The notes beneath the pieces were generated by a model. It made no database searches and was not told where the DNA came from. It saw nothing but the letters and a program-made list of their open reading frames with translations. The translations under genes and the position numbers were made by a program. Source: Somniosus microcephalus (lineage: Eukaryota). Taken from it: a stretch of DNA of 64,000 nucleotides. Positions 37,247 through 50,863 of the stretch are shown piece by piece. The number at the start of each line of letters is the position of its first letter. Position 1 is the stretch's first letter. The stretch spans positions 31,124,001 through 31,188,000 of the forward strand of contig JBMRGM010000043.1 in the NCBI GenBank assembly GCA_052327205.1, given 5' to 3'.

Positions 37247-38979
37247 GTAAGTGAATCTCAAATACTTCCAGTGCCTTTGAAAATCAACGCCACTCACCCC
37301 TGACCGTTAATCAGGTTAATAAGACTCATCCCGTGAGAGGGATCATCACACTAAATTAATATTCAGAGTTTATTAAGTTCAAACATTCAATTATACTGCA
37401 TTGAAATGTCATTTCCATGCTTCAGTTTTAATCAGAATTTAGTGGAACAACAGAAATAAATTTGATTAGTCAGGCTAACAGGATCTTTCTGCTCATCTAA
37501 GTTTGCAGCCGACTTTAGACACATCTAAACGGTCCAATATTTATTATTTTACCAATTATTTACCCTCACCTGCAGAAACTGCTTGCACTTTTCTTATTGT
37601 TGTCGTTTTGTTAATTAAAAAAAAAAAATTCATGCGCTTCATATCAAGTTTCAGCGTTGGCTCAGTTGACTCACTCTTACAAATTGCTATTAATACATGC
37701 GGTGAGATTTACAGTGCGTGGGTTCTGTGGGTAGATGATAAACTTGGTGCACTTGATGATTTCGAGTGCGGCAGGCACGCTTCTTGTTAACAACTGCCAC
37801 AGAGAGAGAGAGAAAGAGAGAGAGGGGGAGAGAGGGAGTCAGAGCGAGATACAATCAGATAGGGACAGAGAGAGACAGATAGACAGAGATTGTAAGAAAG
37901 TAACAATGAAGCTGTCCACGAAGGAGAGTGACAGAGAGAGGGAGAGAGGGCAGGAGTTTTTTTTTCAACTCAGTTTTGCAGATTCACTATATGAAGGGCT
38001 TATTTTATTTTCTGTTGTGAGGGAGAAAATACACATTAACGGGACGACATCCCTTGAGTTAATAAAGCTGAGGAGAACAAATTTACTATGATTTTACTTG
38101 ACCTAAACTGACGGCTTAAGGGTGTTTGGCAGGGAATTTTAAAATGCTGGATCTTTAAAATTAATTTCTGATGCTGTTTACTGGAATTTAGACAGAAGTG
38201 ACTCTTTATGGTTACAGGACATTGAGGCTGCCTTCCTGTGAGATGCTGGCGTCAGCGCTCTATTGTCTTGTTAACCACTGGACCACAAGACCAGCAAACA
38301 GGAAAAAACAACAGGGTTTGCATCTTTAATGTACCATCGACTCTTTCGCCAGAATCTCATCTATTTTAACAACTTGACATTAGTTGTGGGACCATGTTGG
38401 TCACAGTTAGTTCCACAGATTAATGAGGTAGAGCTTAAAATATGTGGTTAATCTTAAATTGTTCTTTCTTGAGCTTATAATAAGCCACATGAGTTATGTG
38501 TTGCACTGCACATAAAACCCACTTTTTGGAAAGAATTGTCCTAACTGAATGCTTCAATCATTCACCCTATTGAATCCTAGCTTGACAAGTCCCAGGTTCG
38601 ACATGTTGAACAATGAAATGCAGACACATCTCATTGACCATTGACCATTTTGCAATTATTTTTGCAAAGTTTGCAGCAACAGGTATTGCCTTAGTAGTGT
38701 GATTCCTGTGGTCTGAGGCCGACAAAAGCTTTCTGCTGCTTTCTGCTTCTAGCTGCTGGGGCATGTACTGTCTTCACGAGTATCAGTTGCAACCAAGTCA
38801 ATACTTGTAATTCTGATTCGGTTAAAGATGAGTTAACTGATAATAGGAACATAACAACAGGAGTAGGTCATTCAGCCCTTCGAGGCTGCTCTGTCATTCA
38901 ACTATATCATGGTTAATCTGTACCTCCACTCCAATTACCCCACCTTGCTCAATATCCAATGTTACTCTTCCTCAACTAG

Positions 38980-39365
38980 TGTCAGCCGTGGCTCAGTGTA
39001 TAGCATTCTCGCCTCTGAGTCAGAAGGTTCGTCCATTCCGGTCCCACAACAGGGACTTGAGCACAATCAACTAAGCTGACACTCCAGTGCAGTGCTGAGG
39101 GAGTGCTGCAATGTCGGATTTGCCGCCTTTCGGAGGAGACGCTAGAGTGAGGCCCCGTCAGGGGAGTTATCCCAGGTGCCCTGGCCAATATTTCACCCTC
39201 AATCACCTAACAAAAACAGATAATCCTGTCATTATCAACATCACTGTGTGGAAATTGACAGCTACGTTTCCTACAGTGACTGCACTTCAAAGGTACTCCA
39301 TTGGCTGCAAAGCGCATTGTGAAGCCCTGAGGTTGTGAAAGGCGCTATAGGAATGCAAGGCCTTT
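38980..39365 (+). mobile_element. SacSINE1/DeuSINE-like SINE (module 3 copy, at the module junction)
   Basis: Aligns to 7843-8235; the sequence right after it matches about 30415 instead of 8240. Confidence 0.75.
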
Positions 39366-40251
39366 TTTCGTTGTCTGCAATGAGATGGGTAAACTTATCT
39401 AGAGTCACAAAATTAATGTTAAAATATAATTAGAATATTTGTTCTGGTAGAGCAAAGTTAACGGTTACCTGGAGTGAGTCGGATAGGCGGAATAGATTGG
39501 GCAGCTCAAGCAGATACACTGGATAAGCCTGTGTTTAGAATTTATTTTAAAATTGCAAGAGCTCATTTCAATTTTCAGCGTTAGGTTGGAATCGTCATCA
39601 CGTTAGGTTTAAGTTCCCCTTTTCTCCAATTTGGTCAGAAGTCATAGTGATCTCTGCGCGCAGTCGCGTGGAGCATGGCCAGTGAGCTCCACAGCTGCAG
39701 ACTGCTCCTGGGGAACTCACTCCAGCCGCTGTCTCCTCATTCCCCGTAAGTACACCCTCGGGATCTGCGTGTGCGGGCGTTTGGTACTGAAGAAGTAGAA
39801 CAGTTTCAGCGGCTTATTGTGGGCGGGTACATTTGTTGGGTGCAGGAGTGGGAAGCGGAGCCATGCGCTTGGGAATAGGTTGCTCTGTGTTTGATGGATT
39901 CGATTTGTTCAGGCTCTCTGTGGAAATGTTAACCCAAATCTGAATAAATAGAGGCTGCATTGAAATAAACAGAATTATGATCCATGAGTTTTAAAAATTG
40001 GCTTGGCTCTCTTAAAGGCGTGCGACTGTCTGCAAAGTGGAAAAATGCAATGTTGGGGAATGGCAGGGGAGTGGGAACAATTTGCAAGTTCTTTCGAAGA
40101 ACCGGCACAGGCATCATGGCCGAATGGCCTCCTTCTGTGCTGTATGATTTTTAATTTCACTTTTCAGATAAAAGGAACTGAAAACAGCTGATACGAAGGG
40201 AGCCTTTTCACAGAGGGAAAGGAGCTTCTGCTTGGAGCCCCCGCTTTCGAA

Positions 40252-40282
40252 ATGAAGCACATCTGTCGCCTTCTGATTTTCT
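40252..40282 (+). CDS. Gene B leader exon S1 (MKHICRLLIF)
   Basis: ATG 40252, 31 nt, gtaagt donor; upstream non-coding donor intact at 39746. Confidence 0.72.
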
Positions 40283-42539
40283 GTAAGTGATTCTCAAATA
40301 TTGCCAGTGCCTTTGAAAATCTGCGTCACTCACCCCGGACCCACAATCAGAATAATAAGGCTCATTCTGTAAACGTCAGCGACGCACTAAATTGATATTG
40401 ACAGTTTCTGAAAGGAAGACATTTATTTAAAATGCGTTGAAATGTCATTTCTATGTTTCTGTTTTAATCAGAATTTAGTGCAACAACAGACCTAAGTTTG
40501 ATTATTCAAGGTAACAGGATCTTTCCGCTCATCTAAGAGATCACTTTTACTATAACAGGTTGCAGCTCAATAGGATTGCTTCTAAACAGCCTAATATTTT
40601 TTAATTTACCAATTATTTAGCCTCACCTGCAGAAACTGCTTTCAAATTTCTAATTCTTGTAGTTTTGTTTATAAGTAGGAATTAACATTTTTATGCAATT
40701 CATACCAAGTGTCAGCGTTGTCCCAGTTGTTTCACTCTTACTAAATGCTATTAATAAATGCGGTGAGCTTTGCTGTGCTTGGTCTCTGTGGCTAGCTGTT
40801 AATCTTGGTCTGTATCATTGCTTCATGATTTTGTGTGGCCCAGGCTGGCTTCTTGTTTAACATCTGCTATAGGGAGACAGGGAGATAGATGCATTTAAAG
40901 AGAGGGAGAAACTTTCACACATACACACACACACAGCTAACGAAAAATGTGGAGAGAGACCGAGGCAGAGATAGAGTCAAAGAGAGAGAGAGCAAAAGAG
41001 AGAGAAAGAGATGGAGTCAATGTGTCAGAGTGAAAGTGGAAGATTAACACACGAGAGAGACAGAGTCAAAGAGATACAGCAAGTCATAGACACACATGAC
41101 TGGGAGAGACACACAAAAAGAGGCAGAGAGAGAGAAAATGAGGGAGAGACAAGGAGGTGCAGACTCAGAGTGAGAGAGACATAGATTGAATGAAACAACA
41201 TGCAGTGACACTGATAGTCAATGAGAGAGAGAGCATCAAATTGACAGACAGAGCAACTGAGAGTGACATTCAGAAAGTGAGACTGACATAAGGTAGGTCA
41301 GAGAGAGGGTGAGGCCGAGGGATCTACGGGCAAACAGATGAAGACTGGCAAAGTTTGAAAGAGAGAGATTGAGTCAGCGAGGGAGAGACAGAGAGAGCGA
41401 GAAACAGACAAACAGAAGGCAAACATTCAGAGAGGCGGTGGGCTAAAGTTTTCGTGAGAGAAAGCGAGAGAGAGCCAAAGAGAGATATGCAGTGCGAGAG
41501 ACACACAGATAGCGACATAGCGAGACAGAGATAGAGCATTAGTATTTTTTTCAATGCAGCAATATAATTATATTTTTTTAATTCCTGGTGTAAGGGAGAA
41601 CAAAATACAGCAATGTGCTAACCGGGCACCATTTTGAATTTCAGGCTCATTTAATATCTGCTGCCTAACCTGGAGTTAACAAAGCTGAAGAGATAACATT
41701 TACTTTGATTTAACTTGACCTAAACTGGCGGCTTCAAGGATTATGGCAGCGAACTTCATAATTGTGGATCTTTAATATTAATGTCTCATGCAATTTACTT
41801 GAATTTAGACAGAAGTGACTGATTATGGTCAAATGCCATTGAAACTGACTTGCTGTGAGATGCTGACGTCAGCACTCTATTGTCTTGTTAACCACTGGAC
41901 CACAAGAGCAGAAAACAGGAACAAACAAGAGGGTTTGCATCTTTAGTGTACCACCGACTCTTTCACCACAATCTCAACTATTTTAATAACATGACATTAG
42001 TTGTGGGACCATGGTAGCCACAGCTAGTTCCACAGCTTAATGCGCTAATTCTTAAATGATAATTAGTAATTCGTAACCTGTTTGTTCTTGAGCTTATAAT
42101 CACCCCCATGTTTCATTTGTTGCACAGCACATAACACCCACCTTGTGAAAATAATTGGCCAAATTGAATACTTGAAACATTCACCCTATTGAATCCAAAC
42201 TGGACAGAAGGCCCAGGTTTTACATGTTAAACAATGAAATACAGAGACATCTGAATTGATCATTGAACCAGCATCAGATATTGCCTAATTAGTGTGATTC
42301 CTCTGGTCTGAGGCGTGAAAAAATCGTCCTGCAGCCAGCTGCTTGATCATGTACTGTCTTCACGAGCAACATTTGCAACCCAGTCAAAACTTGACATGCT
42401 GATTAGGATAAAGATGTTTTAAATTATGATGGAAACATATGAAAACGAGTAGCCCATTCAGCCCTTCGAGGCTGCTCTGTTATTGAATTATATCATGGTT
42501 GAACTGTACCTCTACTCCAATGAGCCCCCTTTGCTCATG

Positions 42540-42880
42540 TTCGTGGATTCAAGTCGCAGACCAAAGACTTGAGCACAAAAATCTGGGATCAAATTCCAGT
42601 GCAGTGCTGTAGGAGTGCTGCACTTTCGGTGGTGCCGTGTTTCAGATGATACGTTAATGCGAGGCCCCTTCGGGGAGATTATCCCTGGAGCCCTGGGCAA
42701 TATTTGTCCTTCAATCAACATAACAAAAACAGATTATCTGGTCATTATTATCAACACTGTGTGAAAATTGACAGCTATGTTTCCTACAGTGACTACACTT
42801 CAAAAGTACACCTTTGGCTGCAAAGCGCTTTGGGAAGTCCTGAGGTTGTGATAGGCGCTATAGAAATGCACGTCTTTATT
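42540..42880 (+). mobile_element. SacSINE1/DeuSINE-like SINE with 5' deletion (module 4 copy)
   Basis: Aligns to 33970-34310. Confidence 0.7.
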
Positions 42881-43184
42881 TTATTAACTAAAATCAATCT
42901 TGATCTCCATAATCAAAGTTCCAATTTATGCGCAGATTGCACAGCGTTCTTAGCGGATTGAGTTGCAATTTCTCACTACGCATTGTGTGAAAAGGTGCTT
43001 CTTCATTTCCATTTTAAATGGCCTATCACAAATTTTAAAGTAAAATTTCCTTCTCCATGACAGAGCAAACACACTCAGTGGCTCTCGGAACAATGATTCA
43101 TTTCAATCTTTGTCAGTTCCCTTTCATCTGGCAGCAACTTTTCCATGTAGTCCTCAGACCATTAGGATCTTCAAAAAAAACCTT

Positions 43185-43950
43185 GGCCCGTAAATTCGGT
43201 TCTCCACGGGTGAGCACGCATGGGGTACTCTCCCGTAAGCCCAATGGAAGTGCCGGTTTAGTGCAAGCACTTTGTATGCGGGGGAAACCGGCGCTTCTGT
43301 TCCCCCGAAAGAAGGGATTCAGAGGTTGACAGCGTGCACGGGAGAAGCTGCGCATGCGCATCCAAGTTACGTTTATTTTGCAGATTTTCCCGGGAGGGTA
43401 TGTCTCCAGAAGTTACACGTTAAAAACCAGGTGTGAGGCCTGCTTTTTACAAGGTAAGTGCGGTGAATTAACTAAAATTTAAAAAAAATTTCCTCAGGTT
43501 TATTATTTTAAAATACTTTAAAGCAAGGTAAGTTTATTTTTAAACCCGTTAGAAAATAAAATTATTCTTTTCATAAATGTAAATTATTGTTTAAAATAGT
43601 TATTTCATGTAATTTATAGTTTATTTAAAAAACTGTGACGAATTTTTAAAATCATTTGAAGATTTAGTGATGTTTTGGGGCCCGTAGTATTGATAAGTTT
43701 TGACAGCTCTTCCTGTCAAACTTATGAATGGGCATTCCCTGCTCCGATTGGCTCTCCATGGCGCACGTGATCCGAGGGAATGCATTGAACTAACTGCGCC
43801 CTTGGGATACGCAAGCACTCTGCGCCGGCAGTTGGAGCATGCCCAGGATCGGAATTCCACGCGGGCCCACAGCTCAACATCAGGCGCGCAAAGTAAGTGC
43901 AGGTCGGGGGCTTGCACCCGCGGGAAGCCCACGACCCGAATTTCTGGGCC
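43185..43950 (+). mobile_element. MITE, same family as 4244-4947
   Basis: TIRs ggcccgtaaattcgg / ccgaatttctgggcc, 3-bp TSD CTT; empty site near 34616. Confidence 0.82.
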
Positions 43951-44210
43951 CTTCTCTTTGTTCGTGAGAGGGTCAATCGACATAATTCGATGTATTATTA
44001 TTTACATTCACATCACCTGAACTGAATACCTGGCGGCACGTATAGACTGGCGGCAAATGCGGTACCGCCTATTTTATGTCCCTGCCAAAGTCGAATTTCA
44101 CCCCCTCGGTGTTCCCTCTATTCAGCTGCATTACAGCTTAGCAGCTTAGGTCAAACTTGAAGATGGTCTCAGATAATGAAACATATTTTACATTGTCTTC
44201 TCTCTTTCAG

Positions 44211-44240
44211 TGCAAATTACTCATCAGGCGACCACACAAG
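44211..44240 (+). CDS. Gene B leader mini-exon S2 (LQITHQATTQ)
   Basis: tctctttcag | 30 nt | gtatga; identical to 8802-8831. Confidence 0.75.
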
Positions 44241-44619
44241 GTATGATGACAATAATGTCCATTCGGTTTGTGGAATGAACGCTTCCAATTTATAGCTAAA
44301 GGACAGTAACAATCCAACAATTGAGTAATTTTCAGTTGTTCGCCCGAGCATAAAACTGACCACCTGGATACGCGAAGTTAAGAGAAACATTCGATCATCA
44401 TTTTCATTGATTCAGTGGGAATGTAAAGTGGGCGGTTTCTCTCACGGTCGGCCAATCAGAACCGCAGTTTTAAGCCTCAGCTCCAAATTTAATGTCGACC
44501 ACAATATGTTAAAGACAAAGTGACCTATAAATTGGTCTGGGTAACTGCCAGCTCAGTCACCTGAGGATTGGCAGCGAGTAATAATAAATGAGTAATTATA
44601 TGGATTGATAAAAAAACAG

Positions 44620-45220
44620 TTCTTTGATGAAGTAACAGCATGTGTTGATGAAATTAGTGCGTTAATGTTGTGTATAGGCTTTCAAAAAGCGCTTAATGAA
44701 GTTCCACATAACAGATTTGTTAGCAAAATTGAAATCCATGTGAATAAGGGGAAGTGGCAGTGTGGATAAGAAATGGACTGAGACAAATAGCAGAGATTGG
44801 TTGTGAAGTGAATATTCAGTGGTGTCTCGCAGAGGTCTGTATTGGGACCTCTGTTCTGTCTGATAATTATATATCACTAGGACTTGGGTATACAGGGGTA
44901 CAATTACAAACCTTGCAGAAGTCATGAAGCTCGGAAATGTAGCCAGCAATGCGAAAGATAGAAACAGACATCAGAAGGATAAAGACAGACTGGTGAAATG
45001 GGCAGACACATGGCTGATGCAAATTAATGCTGGAAATTGCAAAGGACATTTACTAAAAGTGTACCAGGGACACGGGATTTCAGTTGCATGGAGAAACGAG
45101 AGCTGTTCTCCTTTGAGCACAGAAGTTTAAGGTGTGACTTGATAGAGGTGTTCAAAATCATGAAAGGTTTTGATACTGTAAATAAGGAGACACTGTTAAG
45201 ATTTAAGTTAATTGATAGAT
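44620..45220 (+). mobile_element. Old fragmented CR1 RT remnants
   Basis: 'DRLVKWADTWLMQINAGNC' and 'LRCDLIEVFKIMKGFD'. Confidence 0.7.
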
Positions 45221-45536
45221 TTAAAACGCCTACCGCCTGATACAGGGAGGCGATTGTGCCGCCCAAACATTGGTCCTTGTGAAAATGGTAGGGGGCAAAG
45301 TGTCGGCGTTAAATGGATGGTAAGTCTACCGACCCCATGTCGAGGCCGTTACCACCCGATTTCAGCAAGTTAATTTCACTTCATGAATAGAAATTTCGAT
45401 CAATAGACACCCGATATGTCGCACCTGGTTGGGACACTGAGTAGAAATTACCCACTGTACTTACTACAGTGTATAGTGCAAAGACTGGAAGTTTCCAAAT
45501 TTCGAATCATAAATTCCATTTATTGTCTTTCTGCAG

Positions 45537-45788
45537 CTCCTGGGCCGGAAGTGCTGGTTAGTTTTCCCAGCAGTGGTGTGGTAAAGGAAGGAGAGGAATT
45601 TAAGCTGCAGTGTCGATACAGTGGCAAAGCTACTTACACTAATTGGTTAAAAAATAATATACATTTACATGAACCTCAGAGTGAGTTTTATGAATCACTA
45701 GCAGACAGCAGCAGTGGAGGCTCTTACCAGTGTGATGTATGGTCAAACAAATCGGAGAGGAGTGAGGCTCTGGAAGTGGTCACGATCG
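45537..45788 (+). CDS. Gene B Ig domain exon 1
   Basis: ctttctgcag | 252 nt | gtaggt; KEGEEFKLQC..W..SGGSYQC. Confidence 0.87.
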
Positions 45789-45829
45789 GTAGGTGAAATT
45801 TGACACTTAATATCATTGAAAATAGACAA

Positions 45830-46200
45830 AAGACAGAATAATAAGCATTCATATAGCGTCTATCACGACCTCCGATTGCACTTCACAGACAATTAAGTAC
45901 TTTTCAATATAGTCACTGATGTAACGTGAGATAAGTGACGGCTAGTTCGGGCAGAGCAAAGCTCCCACAAAGAGCATTGTAATAATGACCAGATCATTTT
46001 ACACTTCTATCCTTGCTCTAATGATTGCTCTTTCAATTATTTTTGTTGGATTTTTGACGTCCATCTAAGTGGGGATATGGGGCCTCAGTATAATGTCTCA
46101 TTGGAAAGGAACCGTTTCCTGCAATAACGACACCGGGAGTCTCTGGTGTGGGATTCGAACCAACGCCTTATTGTCGCAGAGGCGATTGAGCCACGCCTAC
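45830..46200 (-). mobile_element. Degraded SacSINE1-like SINE
   Basis: 'ataatgaccagatc' core, B-box-like 'gggattcgaacc', tail 'tatagcgtct'. Confidence 0.55.
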
Positions 46201-46785
46201 TGTTGATTATTGGCTGCTGAGTCAAACCGCTGGAAGTGGCCACCATCAGTCGCTGAACTTTGACCCATAGTCAGCTCAGCTCTTGTCACGAAAATTTACG
46301 GTTTTAAAGAGGACTCTCAGTATATATTGTGAGACAGTGTATCAAACATATTACTTACTTGAGCAAAATTGCCAAGTGGACACTGGGATGAATGATACCA
46401 TTCTGCCGCACCTCCCTTCAACCAGCTCTGCTCTAAATAGAACAATCCCAGCTCCTTTAGTCTCACCACACCCAATGAACAAATACCAGTCGTTCCTTGA
46501 GATAGGGCCGAGTTTGTTGCTGATTTGTGGAATCGGGTTTCGAAGTAAAAGTTATTTGATGAACATTTGAAGGACAACATACGGGGCATCAGCTGAACAT
46601 AAGAAGGGACACGTGACTTTCTAATGCCACATTTGTCACTACAGCTTTTCGGGTTATAGGTCTGTTGTTCTTTATTGAAGTGATTACTATAGATGCACTC
46701 TAATGGAAATATACTATAGGATGTCATACCTGTAGTTTAACATATTACAATTTGTACTTACTTAATATTTCTTACATATTTTCAG

Positions 46786-47046
46786 CTTCTGATATGATTT
46801 TAACTCTTGAAGTAAAACCAAGAGCCAAGCTGTCAGGTGAACGAATTATCCTGAATTGTTTGGTGTCTGACCAGAAAGGGAGAGGATACTTCCTGTGGTA
46901 TCGGAAAGAAGAGATAATACATGGAAGTTCTCAATCTCAGTACATCATAACTAAAGCAGAAATTGCAGATGGGGCATCTTATCGGTGTGAATGCAAAATA
47001 GGCTACAGGAAGTGGGTCTCGCAGGAAGTAAACCTCACCGTAACAG
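46786..47046 (+). CDS. Gene B Ig domain exon 2
   Basis: attttcag | 261 nt | gttggt; SGERIILNC..FLWYRK..DGASYRC. Confidence 0.87.
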
Positions 47047-48627
47047 GTTGGTCGCTGGCTTTGCTGTTTTCCTCCCAAAGTTGCTGCTTGTTAATTTGCT
47101 GAAAGATAGAAAACGATGCGAAGAACATTCTTTGGCTGGACAATTTTTGTTTAAGTTGGTAAATATTTGCAATTACTGGGAAAACATTCCAAGCTGTGCA
47201 TTGTAGGCAAGCTTCTGGGTCGCATGTGGCAAAATCAGACACTGCGTTAACTGTAAGGGCCCCATGAATCCGTAGGAGGGGAGGTCTCCTTCTCGGTTGC
47301 TCCTGAGAATTATCGGGAAATGTCGTTGGAGTTCATCTGCATTTCATTTCCGTGCTCTCACGCTGCTGGGCGATTGTATGGGCATCCCCGTGCTCATATC
47401 ATTAGGCCTGCATATGGGCTAGTAATAAGAGTGTGGTTAGAATGTGGAACTCGCTCCCACAGGGAGTAGTTAAGGAGAACTGCATTTAAGGTGAAGCTAG
47501 ATAATTACATGAGCGAGAAAGGAATAGAAGGATATCTTGATGGGGTAGATGATGAAGGCTGGGAAGAGACCCGTGTGGAAGATAAGCACCTGCATGGACC
47601 TATTGGGCCGAATGGCCTGGCTCTCTGCTCTAAATACCGTGTACAATGTACTATGAGTCTGGAGGGATGTTTCTGGTCTTCCACAAAAGTTTCCTATTCA
47701 TTTACAATGGCGGACCCCAAGAGAGGAGGGCTCTTGAAGGACACTGGTGGTGGAGCTTTCGTCCGCTTAATCTGCCAACCAAAGTCTTTGTGAGGATCCA
47801 AGGGCATCCTAAAGTGGTAGCAAGGTAGGTAGTTATTTGAATTAAATTCTCACCCCCAAACTCCTGCCTGTCGATCGTAGATATTGGAAGATTTTGAACT
47901 GCTAATTTGTGACTGCAACCAGAAAGCCCCATTTCAAAGTTAACATGAGTCTCCTGGCAGTGATCTCGGTCCTACTGATGTGTATGCAAACCAACGTAAG
48001 ACCATCCCAACATAGGCGGATTTGATGCTAATGGATGGAAGATTGTAGCTGGTTCAGGCTTACAGCTGAGGCCTGGAATATTTGGGGCACTCTTTACCTT
48101 AAGTTCACAACGCACCAAGGCACCTTGTGCCCACTGGCCGATTCAGAAGGCAAAATGAGCTGGATGCACTCCTTCCAGAATCTGGTGCTGTGGATGGAAT
48201 GCTCCTCAAAAAATCCAGCGTAATTTCCTTCTTTTGAAATCAAAAGTATACATATACGGCGGGTTCAGTAAGCAATACGTGATCCTTTGTGCCGGATTTT
48301 CTATTCCCTTTTCTGCTTATGAGTTTCTTAACCGCCGTACCCAACGTAGATTATTTTCAGTGTTCCAACCTAAGAGTAGCTGGGCCAAATGGTGGGGAAG
48401 TGCTGCAGGAGGAGAGCAATATCAATGAACCCAAATTGGAACCATCAGTATATTCAACAGCAACTGTCCACTGCTTCCTTTCTGTTCTGTATTTGCCCCA
48501 GCCTGGATTGGATTTGGGATTGGGATTATATAACGTGTCCAATGTATTCGGGCTGTTGTCGAAGCAGTTCTTCGTTTGATTTAATCATTTGTTAAACTAA
48601 ACTACTAAATTTTGTTCCCAACATTAG

Positions 48628-48859
48628 ATGGCGATGTGGCCTTCCAGGTCGAACCACCTTCGGTTTTGGAAGGAGATGTTCTGAATCTGAATTGTCGGTA
48701 CAGAAAATATTATTTGTGGAAATAGAAGGATCCACTCAATGAAGTTGTATTATTGGAACGCTCTGCATAGCATTAGGGTGAATAGTTCAAAAGACAGTGG
48801 ATCATACCATTGTACTATTGACGAGAAAATTTCTCGAAGTGTTCATGTTCACGTTCACG
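48628..48859 (+). pseudogene. Frameshifted FcR D2-like Ig exon (first duplicate)
   Basis: 232 nt versus 258 nt in the copy at 52859; in-frame TAG after CRYRKYYLWK; both splice sites intact. Confidence 0.82.
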
Positions 48860-49908
48860 GTACGTATGCAAAATTTCAATTGGTGATATCCCTCTTTAAT
48901 ATTTATAAATATTACTGGTCCGAGAATTTCTGAATCTGTACAAAATTATATATAGTTCTGTGATCTCGGAATAATTTGTTCACGTTAGGTCATATGATGT
49001 TTATCTAACAACGTGCTACTTTAGTCGATATTTAACACGGGCGGGTCTCCTCCCATGCCAGCTCCAGCAGATTTCTTTCTCCTCCCGACCCACCTTTGAG
49101 GAGAATTTGGCGGCTTCCTCCATTACCACCATGTGACATCTAGAGGCTGACGGGCAGTTTTCTGCCACGAAACCGAAATTTGATGCTGCCTCTGTCCTTA
49201 ATAAGCACGATGAGTATATTTGACATAAAGTACCAGCAGGTCCTCGTGAGACCCTGGAACGTCAGTGGTCGGTCCGCTGACGAACATTGTGGAAGGATAG
49301 AATAAGCAGTGTGCTCCTCTCCACTCTGTTTTGCTATTTTCACTTACGTGTTTGGCGCAAACTTCGCCACAGACCCCTAATAAACTATGGGAGCAGATTC
49401 CCTTGGATGCCCTTGTCATCGCAGCGGGTGTGTTATATCATCACTGATCCATCGCCCTGGCCGTGAGAATCTGGAGTCTTTGTAAATTCAGATGGTGACA
49501 ATGGAGCAGGGGGCTTTGTTGGGGACAGAGCGACTTTGCTGCGACCAATTGTGGAGTTCACCGTGGTCATAGTAGATGGTGAGACACGGCAGATAATGGC
49601 TAAAAGAGAAAAGAGCTATGGGAGGATTCCTGCTGAAATATAAGTCTTGTCCTGGTTGGAATTTCTGTTTCAGCACTTTATATTAAGCAGATTAAGATCT
49701 CCGCAAACAAAGCAGCGAGAGGAATTCCACAACAATATAGTAATGCTTCCTGCTCTAGTGTTCCACAATACAGCTGCTAGTTACCGTTAATTGTAGACGC
49801 CCCTCGTGGCGATTTGCGGTATTGCCTTGCTCCTATTAAAAAGCTCTGCTGTCTGTTTAACTCAGTGATAGGAAATGTTACCTGTCAATCCAGATTCTGC
49901 TTTCACAG

Positions 49909-50184
49909 AACTCTTCTCCAAACCTAAACTGAGGACTGACCCTGCAGTTGAAATATTTGAGGGACACCAGTTAGTATTCATCTGTATTATTGAAACAATG
50001 CCGTACAGTAATGGGCTTCAATACTCATTTTACAAAAATGGCGAAGCTCTGATATTGACTTCATACAACACATTTAAGCTCACGGAGACAGCTTCTTTGA
50101 AGGACTCGGGGACTTACCTGTGTGAAGCAAATATTTCCTACCGCGTTGTGAAAAAGAGTGATGAGGTTTCCATTGCGGTTAAAG
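49909..50184 (+). CDS. Gene B D3-type Ig exon (a, first duplicate)
   Basis: tttcacag | 276 nt | gtaagg; ELFSKPKL..FICI..LQYSFYKNG..DSGTYLC. Confidence 0.83.
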
Positions 50185-50729
50185 GTAAGGACAGCCAGCT
50201 GTAATTATTGTTGAATGAAAGAATTCTTCAGGGGATTATACTTAAATAAACATACGAGAGGGATCCAGTCTGGTAAAGGATTTACCCACAAGTTTATCAC
50301 GTAATAATCAATTTTGAATGCAACCTGCTAAATGACAGCGCCACCTGGTTCTTACACTATCCATACATTTGCTGAAAACCGAAGTTTTAAAAGCTGCTAC
50401 GTTTGAGGACCAGCGCCCACTCCCAGTGGGTAATAGTAGCTTCTTGAAATAGTGTGGAATTGGGCGATTTTGAATTTATCTCCCATTATATGTCCCGACC
50501 GTTTTTGCATCCATTGATTTCAATGGACAGGAATATCGCGCGTAGTGTAGAATTGGTGCAAGATTCGATGCCGTGCATTTTAACCCATAGCCCCAAGGTA
50601 AAGTTACCTTCCCTGTTTCTAACTGGCATATTCAGCAGCGAGCAGAACCTGATCAGGAACAGCAGGGTGATTAATCAGCCAATGCCTTACCACTTACTAG
50701 CCCCGGAAATCTTTTATAGTTGAAAACTC

Positions 50730-50863
50730 GGGGGTAAAATTTAACATTGAGAGCGCTAAAACTGAACAGCAGAAAATTGAATTGAAATTGGCCTGTGTTT
50801 ATAAAGGGTGATCAATCTGCTACCACCGGTTTTTTACCCCAGACAAACTTGAATTTTCACCCC
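50730..50863. mobile_element. Short ~135-bp palindromic MITE (also at about 15083-15216 and 56806-56939)
   Basis: TIRs gggggtaaaatt / aattttcacccc, flanked by CTC on both sides. Confidence 0.65.
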
